DNA from: Eubacteriales bacterium
Lineage (GTDB): Bacteria; Bacillota; Clostridia; Peptostreptococcales; Acidaminobacteraceae
Direction of reading: 5' to 3'
Length of the DNA: 64,000 nucleotides
NCBI GenBank assembly: GCA_043770095.1
Contig: JAYVIR010000026.1
Location: 44,678 to 108,677 of the forward strand
Every line of letters begins with the position of its first letter. Within the stretch, counting starts at the first letter, position 1. Made by a program: the position numbers and the translations under genes. Below, piece after piece: positions 54,955 through 64,000 of the stretch. Below the pieces are notes generated by a model. That model did no database searches, was not told the DNA's origin, and was given only the letters and a program-made list of their open reading frames with translations.

Positions 54955-56372
54955 GAATGAGAATTTTGTTAACGGTGCTGTTTTTGAGCTTTTTTCTTGA
55001 AAATACGCTTGTTGCAAATGCAAATGAGCAATCAATGATGTTAAATATCAATGAGAATGCTTCGTCATTTAAGAATGTGTCGACTTTGCAAAAGACGGTT
55101 ACCTACGAAGACAACAGCTTCTTTTTTGTCCGAGAGGTCGATTTCAAAACAACGAATCTTTATACGACAAGTTTTAAAGTGAAGGGAACGAAAGGCACCT
55201 ATTCTTATTTTGATAAAAATAAGAAAATGATAACAAAACCATTGACAAATGGCACTTTGCCTATGACAGACATGATAGTCATTGATACGGATCAATATCA
55301 TATGTTTTTAGGGCAGCCCTACATGTATAAATCTTTAGGTCAGGGCGTCATTCAAGCAACCAATAGCCCGGCGACAATGAAAATTTCAAAACAAAGTGAC
55401 GCATGGGTGGTTACCTATTCTTTCAAACCTCAGAAAACAATTGAAAACGGTCTCCTGTACGGCGTGGGGTCAAGCAAGCTTCTAATCGATGTAAAGAATC
55501 CGAGTACAATCAATGTATGGAAAAATTACGACTTCACTCAAAAAGCAAAGTTAGGCATAGATGGTTATTACTATGAATGTCCTCCAACCTACACACCCTG
55601 CGCAAAGGGTGCCTATTGGAATAGTCCGTCCATGTATTTGATCAATGCAATGGTCAAAAATGGCGGATCGCCTCTTTCAGACATACTCGCAACCTCATAC
55701 TTATCAATAGCGGAAAATAATATCAATCAAGAAGGCTTTATACCATCGCAACCAGAAAGCAAATGGTTAAAAGAGACCTACGACATAGGCAGTGGTTTCT
55801 TTGACACGAGGTTTAATGCGGATATGATTGAAATCTATATGTTAGCCTATCAAAAGTTTGGCATTGAAAGTTACCAAATTGCCTACTTGGAACTTGCCAA
55901 TTATTATTTAAAGCATGGAGAAAATAACCATGTTGAAATGTATCTTTCAAGCGAAAATGCAGACTCAGAGGAGAACTTACCTGGGTGGTTGATCGAAGAT
56001 TATGGAAAAGGTGACAGTCTAATCAATACGCACACTGCGCTCAATCATCAGCTGCAGGCAATTCATGTGTTTTTGAATCTATATCAACTTGAAGGCGAAG
56101 ACCTGTATTTGGATTACGCTTATAAAATGATTCGCGGGATTGAATACACACAGAACCAATGGATTATGCCAGACAGAAACCTTGAATATGCCTACATGCC
56201 AGACGGGCAAATGGGCTATGTGGATTACGAGTACCTCACCTACAATGACTTCTATAAAGTGCAAAAGGATCTTGTTGGCATAACGGGAACGCGCAATGTC
56301 ATTTTTGATATTCTAATGGACAGTAAACGGGAATGGATGAACGCAAACAATATAAGCAATTACAATCAGTAG
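54951..56372 (+). CDS. Secreted protein of unknown function
   Basis: Signal peptide (LLTVLFLSFFLENTLVANA). 473 aa with no recognisable catalytic motif. Overlaps the hxlR stop. Confidence 0.4.
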   Translation: MRMRILLTVLFLSFFLENTLVANANEQSMMLNINENASSFKNVSTLQKTVTYEDNSFFFVREVDFKTTNLYTTSFKVKGTKGTYSYFDKNKKMITKPLTNGTLPMTDMIVIDTDQYHMFLGQPYMYKSLGQGVIQATNSPATMKISKQSDAWVVTYSFKPQKTIENGLLYGVGSSKLLIDVKNPSTINVWKNYDFTQKAKLGIDGYYYECPPTYTPCAKGAYWNSPSMYLINAMVKNGGSPLSDILATSYLSIAENNINQEGFIPSQPESKWLKETYDIGSGFFDTRFNADMIEIYMLAYQKFGIESYQIAYLELANYYLKHGENNHVEMYLSSENADSEENLPGWLIEDYGKGDSLINTHTALNHQLQAIHVFLNLYQLEGEDLYLDYAYKMIRGIEYTQNQWIMPDRNLEYAYMPDGQMGYVDYEYLTYNDFYKVQKDLVGITGTRNVIFDILMDSKREWMNANNISNYNQ

Positions 56373-56383
56373 AAAGCAAGGAC

Positions 56384-57583
56384 ATGCAGGGGGAAAAAGT
56401 TGTGAATTCAAACGTTGTAACGGGTAAACCGGCGCTGATGAAGCGCATCAACCGAAATCTGATTATCAAACTGATCATCAAGCAGGGCGAAATTTCAAGG
56501 TCGCAATTGGCTAAAATGACGGGACTCGCACTGCCGAGCGTCATGCGAATTGTGGACAGTCTTGTTGAAGAGGGACTTGTCGAAGAAACGAGGAAGGGTG
56601 ACTCAACAGGTGGTCGAAAACCGAATCTCATTCGCCTCAATAGAGACTATAAGGTGATCGTAGGCATTGAAATTGCCATCCAAAGCAGCATTGTGATTAC
56701 GGATTTTGGTGGTGCGCCACTCGCACGTTGGTCGTCGGGGCAAATGGCTTATATGACGCCAGAGGTTATGCTTGAGATGCTTTTAGAGCAAATGCAGGAC
56801 ATGCTTTCTGAGCGAAATATTGAACCTGAACAGGTTGCCGGCATTGGTATTGGAACGCCAGGCATGAATTTCAAATATCAAAATGAAGTCAAACGTTCCA
56901 TTTTAAAAGGATGGGAGCAAATTGACGTCAAAAGCTGGTTTGCATCGCGTACGCCTTATTCAATTGTCGTAGACAACGTTGCCAGAACACGCACCTTAAG
57001 CGAACAGTGGTTTGGGCTTGGGCGCGAGTACAAGAGTTTTCTGTATATATTTGTCGATCAGGGCGTTGGCGTGGGCATCATGAACAACGGTGTCATTTAT
57101 GAAGGCGCAATGGGGGCTGCAGGTGAGTTTGGGCATATGTCGATTGACATAAATGGAAGGCCTTGCTACTGCGGGAAGAAGGGTTGCATCGAAATGTACG
57201 TTTCAGCAGGGGCGCTGACCAATGAGGCGGATCAGTTGGGCATTTGTGCTGGTGCGTCCGAGGCAATTTCGTTTGAAGCGATTATTAAAAGGGAAAATGA
57301 ACCTGAAGTCCGTGATATTTTTGTGCGCGGCGGTCAGGTATTAGCCTTTGGGATTGCGAATCTCATAAATTTATACAACCCGCCAGTGGTTATTCTTGGT
57401 GGCATTGTGCCAAAGTTGAGCAAAGCGTTGGTTGAAGAGGTCAATTTAGCCTTAGAGTCTTTTATTTTTCATAACGATGCGTGCAAAACGCCTGTTCTTC
57501 TCAGCTCGCTCGACAATGAACAGTTTTGTCTTGGCAGTATTGCCTTGGTGATTGATGATTGTTTTAAAACGGTGGAATTATAG
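56384..57583 (+). CDS. ROK-family transcriptional regulator (N-terminal wHTH + ROK sugar-kinase-like domain)
   Basis: wHTH (EISRSQLAKMTGLALPSVMRIVDSLVEEGLV). ROK glycine-rich motifs and the Zn cysteines CYCGKKGC. The alternative GTG 56402 has a better RBS. Confidence 0.75.
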   Translation: MQGEKVVNSNVVTGKPALMKRINRNLIIKLIIKQGEISRSQLAKMTGLALPSVMRIVDSLVEEGLVEETRKGDSTGGRKPNLIRLNRDYKVIVGIEIAIQSSIVITDFGGAPLARWSSGQMAYMTPEVMLEMLLEQMQDMLSERNIEPEQVAGIGIGTPGMNFKYQNEVKRSILKGWEQIDVKSWFASRTPYSIVVDNVARTRTLSEQWFGLGREYKSFLYIFVDQGVGVGIMNNGVIYEGAMGAAGEFGHMSIDINGRPCYCGKKGCIEMYVSAGALTNEADQLGICAGASEAISFEAIIKRENEPEVRDIFVRGGQVLAFGIANLINLYNPPVVILGGIVPKLSKALVEEVNLALESFIFHNDACKTPVLLSSLDNEQFCLGSIALVIDDCFKTVEL

Positions 57584-57676
57584 CAAAGTCTATGGTAGAA
57601 TCAACTTAGTAACAAATTGTAAGTAAGTTGACGAAACGTCAGTAACCTAATAGTTGCTCTCATGGAGGATGGTAAA

Positions 57677-58375
57677 ATGAAACGTTCTGAAATCAATATA
57701 AACCTAAGCTGGGCAGTGTCGCTCCTTGAAAAACACCAAATCACGTTGCCTCCTTTTGGGTACTGGACACTGGAAGATTGGCAGGCAAAACGTGAGGAAA
57801 CCAAGGTCATTCGGGAGATTATGCTCGGTTGGGACATTACGGATTTTGGCAACAATCGCTTCGACGAATTTGGGGCTGTTCTTTTTACGCTCAGAAATGG
57901 CTCTCTTAAAGATTCAAGTCTCGGGACGCCATATGCGGAAAAACTGATTTTGCTCAAAGACGGGCAACGACTGCCACTTCATTATCATGCCAGCAAAACG
58001 GAAGACATTATCAACCGGGGGGGCGGCGTCCTTGCCATCAAGCTCTACAATGCCTTGCCAAGTGGTGAAGTGGATTATGAAGCGCCTGTAAGCGCTGACC
58101 TTGACGGCGTTAGGAAAATCTTTAAACCGGGGGAAGAAATTCACATCGCGTCGGGCGCTTCCATTACGCTTAGGCCTTTTCAGTACCATCTGTTTTGGGC
58201 AAAAGAAGGAAAAGGCGACTTGGTTTGCGGCGAAGTGTCTTCGATCAACGACGATCAGACGGACAATTACAACGCAGAACCCGTCAGCCGATTTTCAACC
58301 GTTCAGGAAGATGAGAAAATCATTTACCCATTATGCAATGAATATGACCGTGTCCTAGGAGGTCTGTCAATATGA
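57677..58375 (+). CDS. Cupin-fold D-lyxose/D-mannose ketol-isomerase family protein
   Basis: RLPLHYHASKTEDIINRGGGVLAIKLY and HLFWAKEGKGDLVCGEVSSINDD resemble the D-lyxose isomerase cupin family. ATG 57677 follows RBS ggaggatgg. Confidence 0.5.
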   Translation: MKRSEININLSWAVSLLEKHQITLPPFGYWTLEDWQAKREETKVIREIMLGWDITDFGNNRFDEFGAVLFTLRNGSLKDSSLGTPYAEKLILLKDGQRLPLHYHASKTEDIINRGGGVLAIKLYNALPSGEVDYEAPVSADLDGVRKIFKPGEEIHIASGASITLRPFQYHLFWAKEGKGDLVCGEVSSINDDQTDNYNAEPVSRFSTVQEDEKIIYPLCNEYDRVLGGLSI

Positions 58376-59331
58376 AGTCGTTTGATATCATAGCCGTGGG
58401 CGAATTGCTGATAGATATGACCCCCGTGAAAGTAGACGGACATTTGCATTTTAGGGCTAATCCAGGCGGTGCGCCGTGCAATTTCCTAGCGATGGCACAG
58501 CTGATGGGCGCTAAGACGGCCTTTATTGGAAAAGTGGGCGATGACGCTTTTGGAAAACAACTTAAAGAGACGGTCGAAAACGTGGGAATAGACACTTCTA
58601 ATCTTATGATGGACGCTTCAAAGGCAACGACGCTTGCCATTGTCAATTTAGATGAATTTGGGAATCGTAGTTTTGGTTTTTACCGAAAAGGCTGCGCCGA
58701 CGTCTCTCTTAGAACGGATGAAATTAATTTTGAACTCTTGGATCAGACGAATGCCGTTTATTTTGGATCGCTTGCCTTTACGGATGAGCCTATACGATCT
58801 GCTGTAGTGGCACTTCTGTCGAAGGCTGTCGAAAAGAAACGTTTGATTTGCTATGATCCGAACTACCGACCACTGCTTTGGGATTCTCAGGAGCAAGCGG
58901 TAAAAGCCATGATTGGTGGTTTAAAATATGCAGACATCTTAAAGGTGTCTGATGAAGAAGCACTCCTACTAAGTGGCGCTTCTACTTTGGAAGATGCTGC
59001 TACAATCCTTGTGGCAGAGGGCATTCAATTGGTCTGCATCACCATGGGAGAAATGGGCACATTGGTTGCCTTTAAAACAGACGTTTTCCATGTCCCTGCC
59101 ATTGAAACCAAGGTTGTGGACACGACGGGTGCAGGCGATGCCTTTTTCGGAGCGCTCGTCCAGCAAATTACGTGTTGTGGGCGTCTTTTACAGGACATTT
59201 CAGTTGAAGCTATGAGACAGATGGTGCTTACTGCAAACGTCGCAGGTGGTCTTTGCGTGCAAAATTACGGCGCTATCCCAGCGCTTCCAAATCGGGAGAA
59301 AATACTTGCGGTATTAGCAGAACAAGTTTAG
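58372..59331 (+). CDS. PfkB-family carbohydrate kinase (fructokinase-like)
   Basis: N-terminal GG motif region (GELLIDM...GGAPCN) and the C-terminal DTTGAGDAF anion-hole motif. Overlaps the isomerase stop (ATGA). Confidence 0.85.
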   Translation: MKSFDIIAVGELLIDMTPVKVDGHLHFRANPGGAPCNFLAMAQLMGAKTAFIGKVGDDAFGKQLKETVENVGIDTSNLMMDASKATTLAIVNLDEFGNRSFGFYRKGCADVSLRTDEINFELLDQTNAVYFGSLAFTDEPIRSAVVALLSKAVEKKRLICYDPNYRPLLWDSQEQAVKAMIGGLKYADILKVSDEEALLLSGASTLEDAATILVAEGIQLVCITMGEMGTLVAFKTDVFHVPAIETKVVDTTGAGDAFFGALVQQITCCGRLLQDISVEAMRQMVLTANVAGGLCVQNYGAIPALPNREKILAVLAEQV

Positions 59332-59513
59332 AATATCAAACCATATAGAATCAATCTAAACGGAGCATCCTTTTTAAATGAAGGGTGCTTTTTTCATATG
59401 GAGAAGTGTAAATATCCATAAAGGTGCCCGTTTTGATTGATTGCAAACAGGGTAAAATAGTAATATAAAAAATATTTGAAATAGCAGGTAAATAAATATT
59501 GGGGGTTATTTCT

Positions 59514-60824
59514 ATGAGGATTAGCCAAAAAAATAAATATTATGTTTTTGTTTTTGCCATTGCCCTCATGATGACTGTCCTAATAGGCTGTCAATCAACG
59601 CCAAAACCTCTGGTATCTGAGAAGAAACCTGTTGCAGTCATTGCAAAACAGCTTTCTTTTCAACATTATTTTTCGGGATCGATCAGTGGTGGCATCGATC
59701 AGATGGTTCAAAAAATGAATGAGCAGTCGGATCAATTTAAAATTACAGCAGTACCACTAGATCATGAAGCTTTTAAAGTGAGAATCAAAGAGGCAATCGA
59801 TTCAGTCGATGCGGCAGATTTATATTCTTACTGGGCAGGTGCGAAGACCCAAAATCTTTCAGCGTCACTTGAACCTTTAAATGATGTTTGGGACGCTCAA
59901 AAATTGGACGATAAATTTCCAAAATCCATTATGGAATCGGCAGTGACTTATGACGGCAAGAAGTTGCTACTGCCTATTACGCAGCACTATGTCGGCATTG
60001 TCATCAATCAAAAAATCTTTGATGAGAATGGTCTTAAACCACCAAAGGATTGGACTGCGTATTTGAAAACATGTGAAACACTTAAATCAAAAGGCATTAT
60101 ACCCATCGCGCTAGGCTCAAAAAGCAAATGGCCGGCGCAATTTTGGTTTGATTATATTTTACTCAGGACGAGCGGCTATGATTATAGACAAACCTTGATG
60201 GCGGGTAAAGCGAGTTACACCGACCCTCAGGTCATGAAGAGTTTTGAACTATGGAAAATCCTATTGGACCGAGAGTATATCAATAAAGATGCGAATGCGC
60301 TGGAATGGGATACGGGCGCCGCAGAAATGGTTTATAGCGGAAAAGCGGCTATGACGCTCATGGGAACGTGGGTGATTGGCTATTATGAAGATTCAGCACA
60401 TCAGTGGAAACTAGGAACGGACTATAACATCATCGACTTTCCAGTGATGGATAGTTCTATTTCAAGTTGTGCCTTAGGGCCAATTGACGGCATTGTTATT
60501 CCGAAGGCTTCGATCAATAAGGAGCAGGCTAAGAGCATTATTGTGAATTTTGCGAGCGTAGAAAATCAAAAGGTGATGAGTCATGATTCGGGCGCCTTTG
60601 CACCAAGTTTGGAAGTTGAAGATGCCTTTTATTCACCTGAGCGCAGCGCGCTGCTTAAGCGAATAAGGCAAATGGAGCGCTGGGCATTTAATTATGATTT
60701 GGCGACACCCCCAGAACGTGCAGAGATTGGCTTAGATGCTTTCCAAGATTTTATTCAGTATCCTCAGGAATACAAATCAATTCTTGAAGTCGTTCAAAGG
60801 AAAATAGAAAAATTAGGCCATTAG
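59514..60824 (+). CDS. Sugar ABC-type solute-binding lipoprotein (family 1)
   Basis: Lipobox LIGCQS. Family-1 carbohydrate SBP fold. No cognate permease or ATPase genes are adjacent. Confidence 0.75.
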   Translation: MRISQKNKYYVFVFAIALMMTVLIGCQSTPKPLVSEKKPVAVIAKQLSFQHYFSGSISGGIDQMVQKMNEQSDQFKITAVPLDHEAFKVRIKEAIDSVDAADLYSYWAGAKTQNLSASLEPLNDVWDAQKLDDKFPKSIMESAVTYDGKKLLLPITQHYVGIVINQKIFDENGLKPPKDWTAYLKTCETLKSKGIIPIALGSKSKWPAQFWFDYILLRTSGYDYRQTLMAGKASYTDPQVMKSFELWKILLDREYINKDANALEWDTGAAEMVYSGKAAMTLMGTWVIGYYEDSAHQWKLGTDYNIIDFPVMDSSISSCALGPIDGIVIPKASINKEQAKSIIVNFASVENQKVMSHDSGAFAPSLEVEDAFYSPERSALLKRIRQMERWAFNYDLATPPERAEIGLDAFQDFIQYPQEYKSILEVVQRKIEKLGH

Positions 60825-60866
60825 CACATCCTATGGGTCCATTATAGAAGGAAAGGAGTGAAACTG

Positions 60867-63029
60867 ATGAGAAATTCACTAAAGCTTAAACTCAGAACAA
60901 AAGTAATCATCATTTTCACATTTGCCTTGCTCATTCTCATTTTAAACGCCCTGTTTTTTTCATCAAGCATTCAAAGCATTGCCAACCTTTCGCAGACCAT
61001 TCGCCAAATCGATGGACTGACTCCTAGTATTCAAGCGGTTAATCTTAATAAATTAACCTTTATACAAAGTCGTCAAAGAGCTGAATCCGAAGCGGTACTG
61101 GAAGGCCTGAACGGACTTCGCCGAGAAATTCAACTGTTATACAAAAACAAATGGCATTCAGAAATAAGCATACAAAACTTAGAAAAATTATATGGCATAT
61201 TGGATCAGTATGAAGCGACTTTTCAGGAATTTGTTGTTATGGAAGATCAAAAGCTAGCGCTTGAGGGCGATTGGAAGTCAACAACGGTCAAATTTTTTGA
61301 TCAATTGGCGGATTTAAGAAATCAATTGGATCAAGGCAAGATACAATTGACTAAAGTGCAAGACATCAAAGTATTAATGAACCAAATGAGTGAGATCGTT
61401 ATTCATGAGTCACTAGCAGAGACGCTTAAAGGCATTGACGTCAAAATGCTAAACACAGCTAAAGAGACTTCGTTAAAAGCAAAGGGCGCTGAACTGTTAA
61501 AACTGTTTACAGAAAACGGGAATGCTGTTATTGGCTATAAATTTATTAAGCTCTCAGAGTCGTATGACGAAACTCTCTCGCAATATCGAATTTTTCAATC
61601 TTCTCAAAACCAGAGATTAATCATACTCAACCAATCAACGATATCTTTACTGGACACTTCCAATAAATTGGTTGAAACATTGCAGACACAAATGAATCAG
61701 CAGACTAAAATGTTAATGAACAGATTGCTATTGACGGTTATAACGTCGATAATACTTGCTGGTCTATTGACCTGGTTTTTCGCTGCAGATTTGTTTAAAC
61801 GCTTAAAAAGTGTGGTAAGCGCTACTGAACTGATAGCGGAAGGGATTTATCACTTGCCATTAGAACTTTCTAGCAACCAAGACGAACTGGATCACTTGTC
61901 CAATAGCGTTAATCATATGGCGTTAAAATTACAGGCAGCTCAAGCTGAACTGGTAGAGAATAATAAAGATCTTGAAGAAAAAATTGTTGCAAGAACCTCT
62001 CAATTATCGAAGACTCTTGAAGATTTAAAACGCATCCAATTTCAAATTATTCAGTCTGAAAAAATGGCTGCCGTGGGACAACTCATTTCTGGAATTGCCC
62101 ACGAAATAAACACTCCGCTAGGTGCGATTAATTCCTCTATCGGAAACACCAAACATGCCATTGAACAGTTGCTACAATTGTATCCTGTAACCTACTGCAA
62201 TTGGTCTGATCAAGAAAAACGTGCTATGAAAAGAACCTTAGAATTGATGGAGAAAAAAACACAGCACCTGACAACGCGCGAAGAACGTCAACTTAAAAAA
62301 CAATTAACGACCTTGATGGCTGACTTTGAACTCGACTCACAGTCGGATATAAAAGAATCGTTGATTAATATTTTGTCAGATCTCCGAATTTACAATCCTA
62401 AAGAAGTTATTTTTCTTTTTAAGGAACCAAGAATTTTGGAAATTCTAGACCTTGCCAAAAAGAACAATCAGGTAACAAGAAGTCTTGAAACCATTACGAT
62501 TTCAAGCGAACGCGCTTCAAAAGTGGTAACGGCGCTCAAGAATTTTGCGCACTATAGTCCAGATGGCAAAATGGAATTGGCAGATTTAGTAGATGGCATT
62601 GAGCTTATACTGACGCTCTTTCATAGTAAAATTAAGCAAGGTGTTGAGCTTATCAGGGAATATCAGCCCTTGCCCCTTGTTTTATGCAATCCAGATGAAC
62701 TCAATCAGGTTTGGACGAACATACTATCAAATGCCTTTCAAGCCATCACCTATCAAGGACGCGTTGTCATTCGAACCAGAATTGAAGGTGCATTTGTAAA
62801 AATCGAGTTTGAAGATGATGGCCCTGGCATTCCGCTTGAAAGCCAAGACCATATTTTTGAACCGTTTTATACAACGAAAGTGACCGGCGAGGGCACTGGA
62901 CTTGGGCTCGATATTTCTAAAAAAATCATACAAAAACACCACGGTCAGATTACCTATACAAGCCAACCAGGAAAAACAATTTTTACTATTGAACTTCCTG
63001 TCAATATAAAGGAGGATCGCAATGCCTAA
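60867..63029 (+). CDS. Sensor histidine kinase with large extracytoplasmic domain, HAMP, HisKA (HEINTPL) and HATPase domains
   Basis: TM1, about 270-aa extracytoplasmic region, TM2, HAMP, H-box HEINTPLGAI, and G-boxes (GTGLGL). ATG 60867 follows RBS aaggag. Confidence 0.85.
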   Translation: MRNSLKLKLRTKVIIIFTFALLILILNALFFSSSIQSIANLSQTIRQIDGLTPSIQAVNLNKLTFIQSRQRAESEAVLEGLNGLRREIQLLYKNKWHSEISIQNLEKLYGILDQYEATFQEFVVMEDQKLALEGDWKSTTVKFFDQLADLRNQLDQGKIQLTKVQDIKVLMNQMSEIVIHESLAETLKGIDVKMLNTAKETSLKAKGAELLKLFTENGNAVIGYKFIKLSESYDETLSQYRIFQSSQNQRLIILNQSTISLLDTSNKLVETLQTQMNQQTKMLMNRLLLTVITSIILAGLLTWFFAADLFKRLKSVVSATELIAEGIYHLPLELSSNQDELDHLSNSVNHMALKLQAAQAELVENNKDLEEKIVARTSQLSKTLEDLKRIQFQIIQSEKMAAVGQLISGIAHEINTPLGAINSSIGNTKHAIEQLLQLYPVTYCNWSDQEKRAMKRTLELMEKKTQHLTTREERQLKKQLTTLMADFELDSQSDIKESLINILSDLRIYNPKEVIFLFKEPRILEILDLAKKNNQVTRSLETITISSERASKVVTALKNFAHYSPDGKMELADLVDGIELILTLFHSKIKQGVELIREYQPLPLVLCNPDELNQVWTNILSNAFQAITYQGRVVIRTRIEGAFVKIEFEDDGPGIPLESQDHIFEPFYTTKVTGEGTGLGLDISKKIIQKHHGQITYTSQPGKTIFTIELPVNIKEDRNA

Positions 63030-64000
63030 AAAACCGATTATTCTCTGTGTAGACGATGAAGAGATTATTCTTTCTAGTTTAAAAAATGAATTGCAAAACA
63101 TATTGGGAAATCAGTATGATTTTGAGTTTGCTGAGTCTTCGCAGGAGGCTATAGAATTGGTTGCGGAGCTGTTAGCAGACAATCGTGAATTTGCACTTGT
63201 GATTTCAGATTACTTAATGTCTGGTGGCAATGGTGACACGCTTTTGATAACGTTGCACGAACAAATTCCTAAAGCTGTAAAAATATTATTAACCGGACAA
63301 ACGGCATATGAAGGTATGGTTAATGTTGTCAACCGAGCTCAACTGTATCGCTTCATTGTCAAGCCATGGAATCGGGAAGATTTTATGATGACCATTTTAA
63401 GCGGCTTAAAAAGTTTTGTCACCGACAAAACCATTGAAGAACAAAATGCCAAATTAATGGATCTCAATCGAAATTTAGAAGCATTGGTAGACCAGCGTAC
63501 TCAAGATTTGCTCAATACGCAAAAGGAACTTCAAGAGGCCAATCAAATTCTCAAGGCAGAAAAAGAGCAATTAAGAATCGCTTCGATTACAGATCAATTG
63601 ACGCAACTTTTTAACCGTGCCTATACGCTTCAAAGGCTACAAGATGAAATACACGCATTTGATCGATACTCTGAGCCACTTTGCGTTTTGATGTTAGACA
63701 TAGACAATTTTAAAAGCGTCAACGATCGATTTGGCCATTTGGTGGGTGATCAGGCGCTGATTAAAGTGTCATCGGCGATACAAACGAGCGTTCGTAATAC
63801 AGATGTTGCAGGGCGCTATGGCGGCGAGGAATTTATAGTGATATTCACACATACCGCCCTAGAACAAGCCCTGAAGACCTCTGAGCGGATTTGCATGACC
63901 ATCAAAAACCTTGTTTTTGATACCCTCGACTTAAGTGTAACCATTAGCGGCGGTCTAAAGATGTATGAGGGGACAAGCATAGACGAATTTTTATCAAGTG
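63022..64000 (+). CDS. Response regulator receiver + GGDEF diguanylate cyclase (3' end beyond window)
   Basis: Overlaps the kinase stop. REC domain (LCVDDEE...ISDYLMSGG...KPW), coiled coil, and a GGDEF domain with an intact RYGGEEF active-site motif. No stop codon within the window. Confidence 0.85.
   Translation, partial: MPKKPIILCVDDEEIILSSLKNELQNILGNQYDFEFAESSQEAIELVAELLADNREFALVISDYLMSGGNGDTLLITLHEQIPKAVKILLTGQTAYEGMVNVVNRAQLYRFIVKPWNREDFMMTILSGLKSFVTDKTIEEQNAKLMDLNRNLEALVDQRTQDLLNTQKELQEANQILKAEKEQLRIASITDQLTQLFNRAYTLQRLQDEIHAFDRYSEPLCVLMLDIDNFKSVNDRFGHLVGDQALIKVSSAIQTSVRNTDVAGRYGGEEFIVIFTHTALEQALKTSERICMTIKNLVFDTLDLSVTISGGLKMYEGTSIDEFLSS

Overview
This is a low-GC Firmicutes (Clostridia-like) chromosomal segment, dense with + strand genes. 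It contains single-chain purL, SLH-domain surface proteins, sigma-54 regulation and a UGA-encoded selenoprotein. In order it carries: the argH 3' end; an amino-acid ABC substrate-binding protein; a T-box-controlled lysS; and two tandem HesB-like paralogues. The upstream paralogue is a selenoprotein with an in-frame TGA and a downstream hairpin that the ORF track missed. The downstream paralogue has Cys at the same position, and both sit behind Fur-family 7-1-7 inverted repeats. Next comes a cell-envelope cluster (class-A beta-lactamase-like serine hydrolase, VanY-type M15 peptidase, a large double-propeller Pro-rich protein, and an M23/LysM peptidase behind a WalR-type direct repeat). It is followed by a complete de novo purine operon (purL, purE-C-F-M-N-H-D) divergent from a LysR regulator. 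After that are a flavodoxin-ferredoxin fusion, an Rgg/RNPP-like HTH regulator, a MerR regulator with a MacAB-like efflux pump, an SLH surface protein, an ankyrin lipoprotein and flotillin. The most novel region spans 42.6-53.0 kb. It is a sigma-54 activator followed by a -24/-12 promoter and an 8-gene operon (yfcC-type transporter, isoaspartyl dipeptidase IadA, a soluble MCP-signalling::SBP3 fusion, and a split Na+-pumping oxaloacetate-decarboxylase-like complex that includes an unannotated 52-aa OadG-like peptide). I read it as a candidate beta-aspartyl-dipeptide catabolic and energy-conserving module. The window ends with an HxlR/azoR redox pair, a ROK regulator, a non-PTS mannose/lyxose isomerase with a PfkB kinase, and a sugar SBP linked to a sensor kinase and a REC-GGDEF regulator. 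All calls rest on motifs read from the translations and DNA. No database searches were run.
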